Assembly: GCA_963813815.1 (NCBI GenBank) | Contig: CAWFAD010000008.1 | Span: 175,208-239,207 of the forward strand | Reading direction: 5' to 3' | Length of the DNA stretch: 64,000 nt | Source of the DNA: an uncultured bacterium | GTDB taxonomy: Bacteria > Krumholzibacteriota > Krumholzibacteriia > Krumholzibacteriales > Krumholzibacteriaceae | Shown: one piece after another, positions 29,462-39,373 of the stretch | Numbering within the stretch: position 1 is the first letter of the stretch | How the letters are laid out: every line of letters starts with the position of its first letter | Notes under the pieces: model-generated | Told to the model about the DNA's origin: nothing | What the model saw: only the letters and a program-made list of their open reading frames with translations | Database searches by the model: none | Position numbers and translations under genes: made by a program

Positions 29462-30373
29462 CTACTTTTTCATCCGCTCGAGATTCCCGATCGTCTCGCG
29501 AATGAGCCGCTCGCTCCGCTTCGACCCGGGCTCCAACCCCACGAGCGAGCCGAGCCAGCGGCCGAACTGAAAGGTCACGACGGCTCCCTGATAGGGGTCC
29601 TTGCAGATCGACTGGACGCAGGGGCCGCCCGCGGCCTCGACGATCGCCGTCGAGCCGCCCGTCTCCCGGACGAACCAGTCGAAGGCGCCCCGCGCGACGG
29701 CGCTGTCGGGAAGGGTCGAGAGATAGAGCTTGGCGTTCTCTCCTTCCCATCGGTACGTCGCGACGAAGGAGGGCGGATACTTCGCGCGGCCGAGGACTCC
29801 CTCGGTGAGGTAGCGCGTGTCCCGCGCGACGAGCCCGTCGAGGGAGAAACAGGCCGCCTCGGGCGGAAGCGCGCCCGCTTCCGGGATCTTCGCCGCGATC
29901 GCGGCCGCGAAGGCCCTCAGGGCGCGGGCGAGCTCGGGGCGAGTCTCGTACACGGCGACACGCACGTAGTAGGGGCCCTTCCAGAAATGGATCGAGTACT
30001 CGTCCGCGAAGGCCTCGTTGCCGATCTCGAGAAAGGAGAGCTCCGGGTTCCGCATCTGGGCGTAGATGCCGTAGGCCATGAGAGGGTTCCCGTGCTCGTA
30101 CGCCTCGACTTTGAGCCCGGCGCCGCTCCCGCTCAGGTAATCCTGCGCGGCGACTTCTTTGAACTCGAACGAGATGAAGTTCTCGGCGGCGCCGTTGACG
30201 TACTCCCAGAGATTCTCTTCCGTGTAGACGAGCGGCTCGCCGTCCGCCTTCCAGTCCTCGATCTCGAGCGAGGCGGGGAGGAGCCGGGCGGGGCCGGCGC
30301 TCTCCGAGGCGGCGCCGCGTTGCGGCCAAGCGGCCGCGGCGAGCGCGAGGGCGAAAATCAGGGCTTTTCTCAT
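29462..30373 (-). CDS. Exported hypothetical protein (DUF6599-like)
   Basis: Signal peptide; NLWEYVNGAAE, AYGIY, FWKGPYYVRV. Confidence 0.65.
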   Translation of the reverse strand: MRKALIFALALAAAAWPQRGAASESAGPARLLPASLEIEDWKADGEPLVYTEENLWEYVNGAAENFISFEFKEVAAQDYLSGSGAGLKVEAYEHGNPLMAYGIYAQMRNPELSFLEIGNEAFADEYSIHFWKGPYYVRVAVYETRPELARALRAFAAAIAAKIPEAGALPPEAACFSLDGLVARDTRYLTEGVLGRAKYPPSFVATYRWEGENAKLYLSTLPDSAVARGAFDWFVRETGGSTAIVEAAGGPCVQSICKDPYQGAVVTFQFGRWLGSLVGLEPGSKRSERLIRETIGNLERMKK

Positions 30374-30472
30374 ACAACCACCTTCATCCGTCGTGAGGAT
30401 CGTATTATATTATACACTGTAACTCGCCGACTGCATCCGCGCAAGAGGAGCCGTGAACGAGGAGGCCGACCG

Positions 30473-31159
30473 ATGACGAAAACGCGCGCGTTCGTTCTCT
30501 CCCTTATTCTTTCGGTCGCCGCCCTCGCGGCGTTCGTCCGGCCGGCCGCGGCCGAAGGGCGCTTCTTCCTGCGAGCCGGCATGGGCGTGAGCGTCCCCTC
30601 GCTCGACAACCTCGAGAACGAGCTCGGCGTCCAGGGGGAGGGCGAGACGGTCGACCCCGGACTCTCGCTCGGGGTCTCCCTCGGCCGGAGCTTCGCGGAC
30701 GACGCATGGTCCCTCGAAATCTACATGGCGGCCGCTTTCTACTCCGATTTCATCTACTACAACACCTACGAAGGCTTCGCGGGGAAGCTGCGCCACATCG
30801 ACTTCATGGGAATCGCCCGGCGCCACTGGCGGACGGACGCGAAGTGGCTCCGGCCTTCGATCGGGCTCGGCGCGGGTTACGGCTCGACGGAGCTCATCTC
30901 GGGAGGCGGCAGCATGGGCGCGCTGCAGGGCCTCGGAGCGCTCCGCGTCGAATCGGCGCTCACGGAGAACCTTCTCATCGCCGTCGAGGGCATCTATAGC
31001 TTCGGCCTCGAGACCAAGGCCTTCACCGGGCCCTTTCTCGAGAACGTCGACACCGACGCCGTGCTCATAAGCTCGGGGGACCCGCTCGAGGACAAGTACG
31101 ACACCTACGAGATCCGGCTCGGCATAACGGTCTGGCTCCCCAAAATGCTGCAGGAGTAA
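30473..31159 (+). CDS. Small outer-membrane beta-barrel protein (predicted)
   Basis: GGAGG RBS, signal peptide, alternating Gly/aromatic strands (PSIGLGAGY, YEIRLGITVW). Confidence 0.6.
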   Translation: MTKTRAFVLSLILSVAALAAFVRPAAAEGRFFLRAGMGVSVPSLDNLENELGVQGEGETVDPGLSLGVSLGRSFADDAWSLEIYMAAAFYSDFIYYNTYEGFAGKLRHIDFMGIARRHWRTDAKWLRPSIGLGAGYGSTELISGGGSMGALQGLGALRVESALTENLLIAVEGIYSFGLETKAFTGPFLENVDTDAVLISSGDPLEDKYDTYEIRLGITVWLPKMLQE

Positions 31160-31175
31160 GCGCGGCGACGCCCGG

Positions 31176-34100
31176 TCATCGCTTGTCGGGGTCTTTCGGA
31201 ATCGCCGGCGTCTCCGGCGGATTCGACCGAATCTTCTCCATGAGAACTTCGATCGCCTTCTCGAGCTGCGGATCCCGTCCCTTGACGAGGAGATCCGGCG
31301 AGCTCTCGACCTCGATGTCGGGAGAGACACCGACGTTCTCGACCGCGTAGTTCCCCTCGAGATCGGTGAATCCGATGCCGGGCATCGTCACCCTGCCGCC
31401 GTCCGCGAGCGGAATGTCCCGGTTCATGCCGACGAGCCCGCCCCACGTGCGCTTCCCGATGAGGGGGCCGAGCCCCTCCTGCCGGAAGAGGTACGGGAAG
31501 GCGTCGCCGCCCGAGCCCGACCACTCGTTGATGAGCATGGCGAGGTGTCCCTTCGGCGCGGAGGGCGGGAACGAGCGAAGCTGCTTGAAGTGCCGGAGCG
31601 ACCAGTAGCTCGACGGCCGCCGGGCGAGCCGGTCGACGAAGAGCGAGGGCATCCAGCCGCCGCTGTTCCAGCGCTCGTCCACGATGATGCCGTCGAGGTT
31701 CGTCTGTCCGTAGAAGAGCTTCGCGAACTCCATGAGACCCTCGGTGGCCGTGTTCGGCACGTGCACGTAGCCGATGCGGCCGCCCGAGGCCTCGAGCACA
31801 TTGAGCCGGTTCGACTCGACCCAGTCCGCGTAGCGGATGTTGACGTCGCTCGGGACCGGCTCCACCGTGACGTCCCGCGCGTCCTTGCCGTCGGCGGTTT
31901 TCGCGACCTTGATCACGGTCTGCTTGCCGGCGCGGTTCTCGAGGAGCGCGAGCGGATCGGCGGGATACTTGAGATCGGCGCCGTTAATGGCGAGGATGAA
32001 GTCGCCGGGCTTCACGTTGATGCCGGGCTGGCTGAGCGGCCCCTGAAACTGCGGATCCCAGTTGCGGCCGTCGTAGATCTTCGTGAAGCGATAGCGCCCG
32101 CTCGCCTTGTCCGCCTCGAAGTCGCAGCCGAGGAGCCCCGTGCCAACGGGCTGCACCTTCGGGTAGTCCCCGCCACCGACGTAGGCGTGGCCGGCGTTGA
32201 GCTCGGAGATGAGCTCGCCGAGAATGTAGTTGAGGTCGTCGCGGTGCGTGAGGTACGGGAGGAGCTCCTCGTACCGCTCGCGGATCTTGTCCCAATCGAC
32301 CCCGTGCATGTTGTTCACGTAGAAGAAATCCCGCTCGAGCCGCCACGCCTCATGGAACATCTGCTTCCACTCGGCCATCGGGTCGATCTTCACCTCGAGG
32401 CCGTCGGCGCCGATCTTTCCGTCGCTGACCTTCTTTCCCTCGGCGGCGTCGATGATGCCGTAGGTCTGGCCCGCGCGGTAGAGGATCTTCTTGTTGTCGG
32501 CGGAGAAGACGTAGTTCGTGATGCCGGAGATGACCGTCTTCGACTCGCGCTTGTCGAAGTCGAAGTACTTGAGGTCGAAGCCCCGCGGGGTGTCCTCGTC
32601 CTGACCTTCGCCAATCGCGCCGTTCGGCACGTCCGCGTAAAAGAGCTTCTTCTCGGCGGGCTGGAGGCCGGCGAAGTTGCCCGAACCGACGGGGATTCCG
32701 ATGATGCGCGACTCAAACCCCTCGAAGTCGATCTTCATGTCCTTCTTCTCGGCCTCGTCCTTTTTCTCGTCGTCTTTCTTCGCGTCTTTCTTGTCGTCTT
32801 TCTTGTCGTCTTTCTTGTCGGCGTCCTTTCCGTCCTCTTCCTTCTTCTCCTCCTTCACCTCAACCTCGTCGCTCTCGGGCGCGAGAGGGGAGGGCGTGTC
32901 GGCGGCGAGGGTCGCGACGCAGAGGACGTTGGGATTCACGTAGTTGATGTCGTAGTCGTAGGCGTTGAACGAGAAGCTCGTCGCCCTGTTCGAGATGAAG
33001 TAGAGGTATTTCCCCTCCGGATCGAAGCAGGGATTCGAGTCGCTGTAGAGGCCGCTCGTCAGCTGACGCGGCTTCTTCTCGTCGAGAGAGTAGAGATAGA
33101 TCGACGAGTTGCCGTTGTCGCCGTTTTTGGCGTACACGATCCACTTGCTGTCGGCGGACCATGAGTAATCGAGGAGATCCCACCACGGATCGACGTCGAC
33201 CGTCTGCACCTTCTTGTCGTCGATGTCCACGTAGTAGAGATTGAAGGTCTCGTCGTAGAAAGAGATCTTCTTGCTGTCGGGCGACCAGCGCATGCGGAAC
33301 GGAAAATGCCCGACGCCCTTCGTGACGCGCACCTCGTCGCCCGTGCCGTCGGGCTTCCGCAGGTAGACGTCGTACTCGCCCGTCGCGTCGGAGAAGTAGG
33401 CGACCCACTTGCCGTCGGGAGAGAAGGCCGGCGCCCGCTCGCGCGAGCCCTGCGTGTTCGTGACGTTTCTCGTTTCGCCCTTCTCCGCCGGAACGGTGAA
33501 TATCTCGCCGCGCGCCTCGAAGGCCGCGCGCTTGCCGGTGCCGGAGAGATCGCCGTCGTTGATGAGGGCGCCGACTCTCTCGTAGCGCGGACGAACGTCG
33601 GCGAGCTCGCTCGGTACGACGATCTCGATCTTCCGCGTCTTCTCCGTCTTGAGGTCGAGAACGTAGAGCCAGCCTCCGTTCTCGTACACGATCGAGTCGC
33701 CGCCGAGGCTCGGCCACTTGACGTCGTATTCGTCGTGGTTCGTGAGCTTGCGAACCTTTCTCGTGTCGAGATCGAGGCGGTAGATGTTGTGTGTGCGCTC
33801 GCGGTCGGATATGAAGTACACGCTGTTTCCGTGCCACATCGGGAAGAGGTCGCTCCCCTCGGAGTCGACGATGAGCTCCGCGGCGCCCGTCTTGAAGTCG
33901 TACATCCAGATGTTCGGGGCCATGCCGCCTCTGTAGCGCTTCCACGTGCGCGCCTCGGTCGCGAGCCTCGTGAAGGCGATCTTCGAGGCGTCTGGCGAGT
34001 AGCTCGCGAGCTCGCCCTCGAAGAGCGGGAGCGCCTCGGCGGCGCCGCCGTCGCGCCCGACGGAGAAGAGCCGGTTGTAGCGAGGGCCGGGGTTCGTCTT

Positions 34101-34493
34101 CGACTCGCGGGCCGAGCGGAAGAGGATGCGGTCGCCGTCCGGGTGCCAGTCGAGGAGCATATCCGGAAAGGGATGGTATGTGAGGCGCTCCGGAACTCCG
34201 CCCTCGACGGGGATCGTGTAGACGTCGGGGTTGCCGTCGTAGAACCCCGTGAACGCGATCGTCTTGCCGTCGGGCGAGAACTTGGCGAAGCGCTCGCTGC
34301 CGCGATGGGAGGTGAGCCGCGTCGCCGTGCCGCCATTCACGGGAGCGATCCAGAGATCGCCGCCGTGCGTGAATACGACCTTGTCCCCATAAATGTCGGG
34401 GATCCGCATGAGCCGGCTTTCGGGAGCCGCCTGCGAGGCGGACGCGAAAAGGACCGCCCCAAGAACCAAGAGACAAAAACCCCTCTTGCCCAT
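31176..34493 (-). CDS. Tricorn protease (S41, PD40 propellers and PDZ), exported
   Basis: FSPDGKTIAF repeats, ELNAGHAY, DERWNSGG, SGSGGD, GKRTWGG, ENVGVSPDIEV. Confidence 0.93.
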   Translation of the reverse strand: MGKRGFCLLVLGAVLFASASQAAPESRLMRIPDIYGDKVVFTHGGDLWIAPVNGGTATRLTSHRGSERFAKFSPDGKTIAFTGFYDGNPDVYTIPVEGGVPERLTYHPFPDMLLDWHPDGDRILFRSARESKTNPGPRYNRLFSVGRDGGAAEALPLFEGELASYSPDASKIAFTRLATEARTWKRYRGGMAPNIWMYDFKTGAAELIVDSEGSDLFPMWHGNSVYFISDRERTHNIYRLDLDTRKVRKLTNHDEYDVKWPSLGGDSIVYENGGWLYVLDLKTEKTRKIEIVVPSELADVRPRYERVGALINDGDLSGTGKRAAFEARGEIFTVPAEKGETRNVTNTQGSRERAPAFSPDGKWVAYFSDATGEYDVYLRKPDGTGDEVRVTKGVGHFPFRMRWSPDSKKISFYDETFNLYYVDIDDKKVQTVDVDPWWDLLDYSWSADSKWIVYAKNGDNGNSSIYLYSLDEKKPRQLTSGLYSDSNPCFDPEGKYLYFISNRATSFSFNAYDYDINYVNPNVLCVATLAADTPSPLAPESDEVEVKEEKKEEDGKDADKKDDKKDDKKDAKKDDEKKDEAEKKDMKIDFEGFESRIIGIPVGSGNFAGLQPAEKKLFYADVPNGAIGEGQDEDTPRGFDLKYFDFDKRESKTVISGITNYVFSADNKKILYRAGQTYGIIDAAEGKKVSDGKIGADGLEVKIDPMAEWKQMFHEAWRLERDFFYVNNMHGVDWDKIRERYEELLPYLTHRDDLNYILGELISELNAGHAYVGGGDYPKVQPVGTGLLGCDFEADKASGRYRFTKIYDGRNWDPQFQGPLSQPGINVKPGDFILAINGADLKYPADPLALLENRAGKQTVIKVAKTADGKDARDVTVEPVPSDVNIRYADWVESNRLNVLEASGGRIGYVHVPNTATEGLMEFAKLFYGQTNLDGIIVDERWNSGGWMPSLFVDRLARRPSSYWSLRHFKQLRSFPPSAPKGHLAMLINEWSGSGGDAFPYLFRQEGLGPLIGKRTWGGLVGMNRDIPLADGGRVTMPGIGFTDLEGNYAVENVGVSPDIEVESSPDLLVKGRDPQLEKAIEVLMEKIRSNPPETPAIPKDPDKR
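32784..32819. repeat. 3 x 12-bp tandem repeat coding a DKKD-rich linker in tricorn
   Basis: GTCTTTCTTGTC repeated three times. Confidence 0.8.
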
Positions 34494-34849
34494 CGCTCGC
34501 TCCTTCCGAAAAAAGGTATCGGGCATGAAATAATGGAAAGCCTTGGTTACATCATGTAATACTAACGGAGGCGGAATTTGTTTCAACAATTAATGCTTCT
34601 CGTCGCGCTCCCAGTGCCTGCATTGCACGCCCGCCCCCCAAAAGCCCGCCCGAAACATATTGCTTCGCTTCAGAAATTGTTCTACCCTCACTTCCGGCAT
34701 CTGCTTATCGATACACGAGGCAGAGTTTGCCCACTGGGCATGCGGAGCGGCTTCGACTCTCCGATTCCGAACGATCATGCGCAATAATCCCCGGACGAGA
34801 GCGATGAGCCGCCACTCGAGGCGGAATCAGCGAAAAACGAGGTGGCGAC

Positions 34850-37195
34850 ATGGGGAGATTCGATCGTACGCCTGATGATTGGCACCGGAATGCCCTTTTT
34901 CTCGCCGCGGGCTTTGCGCTCGTCACGAGCCTGTCCGCGGGCCCGGTATGCGCGCAGGTGACGGGGATCAGCTATACGCTCACACCGCTCGCCGAGGGAA
35001 TGCGGTTCGAGAACAACGCTGCGCTCAAGAGCTCGTTCTTTTATGGCGGAAAGCTGGGATTCGGATTCGGCGAGTTCATCGAACTGAACGGCCTCTATCT
35101 GTTCGGCCCGAGCGTCGAGACGGAGCTCGGGAACCTCTCAGGATATGACGACGCGACGGCGGCACTCCTTCGAGGGCTGCCCACTCGCTCGCTCGACATT
35201 CATCGCTTCGGCGGTGAACTAAAGTTCAACATCGGCCGCAGCACCATGTTTCCCTTCGTCACGCTCGGCACCGGGGCTCTGCGGTTCGAGCCCGAAGGCC
35301 TGAACGAAAGCAATACAATATACCTGAGCGGTGGGTTGGGTCTTCAGTTCAGCCTCCGCGAGCGCTATACCGTCGTCCTCCAGGCGACGGGCCTCGCCTA
35401 CCGGTACAATCCGGCGGCCGCCCTGATGTCGGAGGACGACATCGCAGCGCTCGGCATGGCGGCCGACGACTTCGACCTTGTCAACGTGCGCGACTTCGGC
35501 GCGAGCATCGGGGTGAAGTTCTATCTCGGCGGTCGGCGGAGCGGCGATCTGAGCGACATGGACCGGGCATTCCAGGAGCAATTCCGCCGCGGGTGGCGCG
35601 GGATCGATTTCCGACTCGAGCCCGCGGGTGGCGAAATCGATTTCGACGAAGCGCTCGGCTACCGCCGCAACCACCGTTTCGCGAGCCTGTCCGTGGGCAT
35701 CGACCTCGGCGCATATGCGGGGCTTCGCGCCTTCTATTGGCGGGGCATAGAGGACGGCTCGTGGACGGCGTTCGACGACCTGCAGGCTTACGGCGGCGAG
35801 CTCAAGCTGGCATTTGCCGACGGCTCCGGCAGCCTCGCCCCGTACTTCATGGTGGGCGGCGGATACATAGACGTGATGACAGGATACGCAGGTAACGGTC
35901 TGGCGCTCGCCGAGGATCGTCCCTTCGCTCTCGGCGGCATCGGCCTTATTCTGCCGCTCGGCACAGCCCTCTCTCTCGACGCGGCCGTTCGCTCCCTTAT
36001 CATGAGCACCGCGGGCGTCGATAACGTGAGTGACCCTGGCTCGATCGAAACGAGCACCATGTTTGCGGTGGGAATAAGCTTCGGCCTCGGCGGCGGACGG
36101 CGGGAGAGCGTCTTCGGCAGGGAGATGGCTGCATCTAAGATCGAGCGGGAACGGCTCTCGACGGAGGTATCCGGACTCGAGCTCAAGCTCAACGAGCTTC
36201 GGAGCCGGATGGATTCTATGGCGGCGGTCGCCGGAGGACATCTCGCCCCCGGCGTCGATTCGTCGGCTCTACGCGGCAGCGTGAAAGGTTCCCCGGGCGG
36301 ACCGCGCTGGGTCACGCTCCCCGTGCCCGAGGAGGGAGAGCTTTACCTCAGATTCGGCGCGCCGGGCGGCGTGAGCGTCGAAACGATCGAGGGAGAACCC
36401 CTGACGTACTACCTCGATCCCACGACCGGAACCCTCATGCTCGCGGCACCACCCTCCGTTGAAAAACCGGCGGCTCCGGGCGCGGTTCCCGCGGCGGCCC
36501 CTCAAGACGCGAGGATGCCGTCCTCCGGAACGGCGGTTCCGGCCGGGCAGGCGAGCCCGACTGCGGCGGGCGCTCCCGCGCCGAGTATCGGCGCCGCGGG
36601 CCCCAGCGTCGAATCGCTCGAGAATATCATCCGCCGCGTTTTTCGTGAAGAGCACTCCTCCGCCGCGGCGCAGCCAGCCACGCCGGCGCGGGAGCCGGCG
36701 CCTCTGGTCATCGAGGTGCCCGCGGCGGAAGCAGCGCCCGCAGCCGAGCTAACGGCTGAAGGCGATGCCGAGATCGCGATCGAGGAAGCGGCGCCTCGCG
36801 CGCCGTCGACCCGGTTCGCCGGTCTTTCGCCGCTCACGGGCTATAACTTCGACGCCCCCCATCAGGGGCTCATCGGCGTGCGGGCCGATTTCGTACACCG
36901 CGCGAAGCCATACCGGCTCGTGCCGGAACTCGTCATGGGCTTCGGTGACGACAAAACGACGATTAACTTCAACCTCAACGGCTTTTACGATCTCGGCGTC
37001 AGCCTGCTCGAGCGGCTGCACCCGTACGGAGGCATCGGCCTCGGCCTGCTCCACAGGGACGAGTTGGAGCTTGTCTTGAACCTCGTGATCGGAACCGATA
37101 TCCAGATCGGCACATCGACGCTGTTTCTCGAATACGTGAACCAGGACTTCTTCGACAACAACAGGCTCCTCGCCGGGTATAGGTTCAGTTTCTAG
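34850..37195 (+). CDS. Outer-membrane protein with multiple predicted beta-barrel domains, a coiled coil and a Pro/Ala linker
   Basis: Three OmpA-like barrel-type segments (PFVTLGTG, PYFMVGGG, PYGGIGLG); heptad ERERLSTEVSGLELKLNELRSRMD; ends GYRFSF. Confidence 0.65.
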   Translation: MGRFDRTPDDWHRNALFLAAGFALVTSLSAGPVCAQVTGISYTLTPLAEGMRFENNAALKSSFFYGGKLGFGFGEFIELNGLYLFGPSVETELGNLSGYDDATAALLRGLPTRSLDIHRFGGELKFNIGRSTMFPFVTLGTGALRFEPEGLNESNTIYLSGGLGLQFSLRERYTVVLQATGLAYRYNPAAALMSEDDIAALGMAADDFDLVNVRDFGASIGVKFYLGGRRSGDLSDMDRAFQEQFRRGWRGIDFRLEPAGGEIDFDEALGYRRNHRFASLSVGIDLGAYAGLRAFYWRGIEDGSWTAFDDLQAYGGELKLAFADGSGSLAPYFMVGGGYIDVMTGYAGNGLALAEDRPFALGGIGLILPLGTALSLDAAVRSLIMSTAGVDNVSDPGSIETSTMFAVGISFGLGGGRRESVFGREMAASKIERERLSTEVSGLELKLNELRSRMDSMAAVAGGHLAPGVDSSALRGSVKGSPGGPRWVTLPVPEEGELYLRFGAPGGVSVETIEGEPLTYYLDPTTGTLMLAAPPSVEKPAAPGAVPAAAPQDARMPSSGTAVPAGQASPTAAGAPAPSIGAAGPSVESLENIIRRVFREEHSSAAAQPATPAREPAPLVIEVPAAEAAPAAELTAEGDAEIAIEEAAPRAPSTRFAGLSPLTGYNFDAPHQGLIGVRADFVHRAKPYRLVPELVMGFGDDKTTINFNLNGFYDLGVSLLERLHPYGGIGLGLLHRDELELVLNLVIGTDIQIGTSTLFLEYVNQDFFDNNRLLAGYRFSF

Positions 37196-37229
37196 CGACT
37201 CGTCGCGCGCGACGGAAAAAGGCGCGTCT

Positions 37230-38324
37230 ATGAGACGATTCCTGATATCTCTTGCGGCACTCGCCGCGACAGCGTCGCTCGGATCGCAGGCGGTCCGCGC
37301 GCAGTCCGCCGACACCGCGCTGGCCGCGGCCCCCCCGCAGCGCGCGTCATCCGGTCCGGCCGGCACCGCGGTGCACTCCCGAGCCGCAGATTCCGCGGCC
37401 GTGCGCCTCGTGCCCGTGAAGCTGCGCTCGCCTGGCGGCGTGCGGATACGCTCCGTGCGCGACAACCGACGCGTAGTCATCATCGCCCCGCCGATGCGGA
37501 TCGCGGGCGCGGCCTCCCAGCCCGATACCGTGTCCCGCACCGGGACCGCGACGCGCGACGATCTCGATCGCCTCGAAGCGCGGCTCCAGACATACTTCGA
37601 CGAGCGCATCCGCGGCCTTGAGATATCCCAGCGGGAGGTTCTTCTCTCCCTCTCTCCGCGCGCGGCCGGCCCCACCGGATTGCCCCACGCTCACGACCAC
37701 CCCGGGGCGACCGAGGTCATCGGCGCTCCGTTCATCGCGCCCGCATCCGCGCCACCCGATACGGCAGCCGCCGACACGGCTCTCGCGGCGGATTCGACGC
37801 GCCGGGCGGCCCTCGCCGCCGCGCGCGACACGAGCGGCGCTGCGTTTTTCGGCTTCAAGCCGCCTTCCGCGATCACGCTGCTCGGCCCCGGCGCGGGCAT
37901 TACCGAAATCGAGCGCGCGATGCTCGAGGGAGATCTTCTTCGGGTCGTAAACGTCATCTTCGAGTTCGACAGCGCCGAACTTCTTCCGGCATCGCTGCCC
38001 ATCCTGAATGCGCTCGGGACCGTACTCGCGAAGCATCCGGATCTGCTTATCGAAATCGGAGGGCATACTGACAGCAGCGGTCCCGACGAATACAACGTGC
38101 GGCTCTCGCTGGCGCGGGCCGAGGCGGTTCGCAAGCATCTCGTCGTCGCGCTCTCGATCGCGGGGGACCGTCTTACCGCGCGCGGCTACGGCGAAAGCAT
38201 GCCTATCGCCGACGAAAGCACGCCCACCGGGCGCGCACTCAACCGGCGGGTCGAGTTCCTCGTGCTCCGTCCGGGGGAACGGCGAGAAACGCCGCCTCCG
38301 GCCGATGAAGAATACCATCCCTGA
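37230..38324 (+). CDS. OmpA C-terminal (peptidoglycan-binding) domain protein
   Basis: FEFDSAEL, IEIGGHTDSSG..YNVRLSLARAEAV, GYGESMPI, NRRVEF. Confidence 0.88.
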   Translation: MRRFLISLAALAATASLGSQAVRAQSADTALAAAPPQRASSGPAGTAVHSRAADSAAVRLVPVKLRSPGGVRIRSVRDNRRVVIIAPPMRIAGAASQPDTVSRTGTATRDDLDRLEARLQTYFDERIRGLEISQREVLLSLSPRAAGPTGLPHAHDHPGATEVIGAPFIAPASAPPDTAAADTALAADSTRRAALAAARDTSGAAFFGFKPPSAITLLGPGAGITEIERAMLEGDLLRVVNVIFEFDSAELLPASLPILNALGTVLAKHPDLLIEIGGHTDSSGPDEYNVRLSLARAEAVRKHLVVALSIAGDRLTARGYGESMPIADESTPTGRALNRRVEFLVLRPGERRETPPPADEEYHP

Positions 38325-38338
38325 CAAAGGAGGCCGCA

Positions 38339-38569
38339 ATGACGAGCCTGAAAGTCCTTCTGATTCTCATTATGATGTGTCTTCTGGCCATCTTCATCGC
38401 CCAGAACGTCGCGATCATCCAGATGAGGTTTCTCGTCTGGGATTTCTTCCTGTCTCGTGCGCTGCTCGTGTTCTTCGCGTTCGTGGCCGGATTCATCATT
38501 GGCTGGTTCTCCTCGGGCCTGCTCTTCTGGCGGAAGTCCAGGGCCGAGAAGTCGGGTGAGAACGCCTAA
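38339..38569 (+). CDS. LapA (DUF1049) family small membrane protein
   Basis: IFIAQN...RFLVW, two TM segments; AAGGAGG RBS. Confidence 0.75.
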   Translation: MTSLKVLLILIMMCLLAIFIAQNVAIIQMRFLVWDFFLSRALLVFFAFVAGFIIGWFSSGLLFWRKSRAEKSGENA

Positions 38570-38580
38570 AGAGAGGACGT

Positions 38581-39186
38581 ATGTTCATACTCCTTCCGCT
38601 CCCGTACCAGGAAAACGCGCTCGCCCCCGCGATCTCGGCTGACACAGTGGGCATTCACTACGGCAAACACCACAAGGGCTACGTCGACAACCTAAACAAG
38701 CTCACCGCCGACACGGGATTCGCCGGCATGCCGCTTGAGAAGATTGTCGCAGCCGCAGCCGGAAAGTCCGAGCACGCGGCGATCTTCAACAACGCCGCTC
38801 AGGTCTGGAATCACTGGTTCTACTGGAACAGCCTGAAGCCGAATGGCGGCGGCGAGCCGCCGGCCGCGCTGATGGCGCTCGTGAAAAGCTCCTTCGGCGA
38901 TCTCGAAACCTGCAAGAATAAGCTCGCGGCGGCCGCGGCCTCCCAGTTCGGCAGCGGCTGGACGTGGCTCCTCCTCGAGGGTGGGAAGCTCACCGTCGCG
39001 AAGACGGCTAACGCCGACACGCCCCTCGCCGCCGGCAAAAAGCCGCTCCTCACGATCGACGTGTGGGAGCACGCCTATTACCTCGACTATCGGAACAGGC
39101 GAGGAGACTATGTGAAGGCGGTCATCGACATGCTCATGAATTGGGAGTTCGCGGCCGCCAACCTCGAAACGATGGGCAGGTCTTAG
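38581..39186 (+). CDS. sodB: Superoxide dismutase (Fe/Mn family, Fe-type signature)
   Basis: [39 protein letters not shown]. Confidence 0.93.
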   Translation: MFILLPLPYQENALAPAISADTVGIHYGKHHKGYVDNLNKLTADTGFAGMPLEKIVAAAAGKSEHAAIFNNAAQVWNHWFYWNSLKPNGGGEPPAALMALVKSSFGDLETCKNKLAAAAASQFGSGWTWLLLEGGKLTVAKTANADTPLAAGKKPLLTIDVWEHAYYLDYRNRRGDYVKAVIDMLMNWEFAAANLETMGRS

Positions 39187-39272
39187 CGAACTACGGCGAG
39201 AGAACCCTCTCTTGCGTCTCGGTGAGCGAGCCAGCGTCATGGCGGCGGGGAAGAAGCTTTTCCGAATGAATA

Positions 39273-39304
39273 ACGGGAGCGAGGCGGCAGCGTCTCGCTC
39301 CCGT
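39273..39304. terminator. Hairpin between convergent genes
   Basis: ACGGGAGCGAG ... CTCGCTCCCGT perfect 11-bp stem. Confidence 0.55.
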
Positions 39305-39373
39305 GCGTGTCGGTGATTCTATGTCGTCCCCTCCTGCGCGCATTCGCGCCGCCGGCCGCGCGTTTTTCTCGCC

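Noticed and set aside
34547..34559. TTACA-N3-TGTAA dyad upstream of tricorn, like a cop/bla box
   Set aside because: Single short dyad with non-standard spacing that matches neither local BlaI operator
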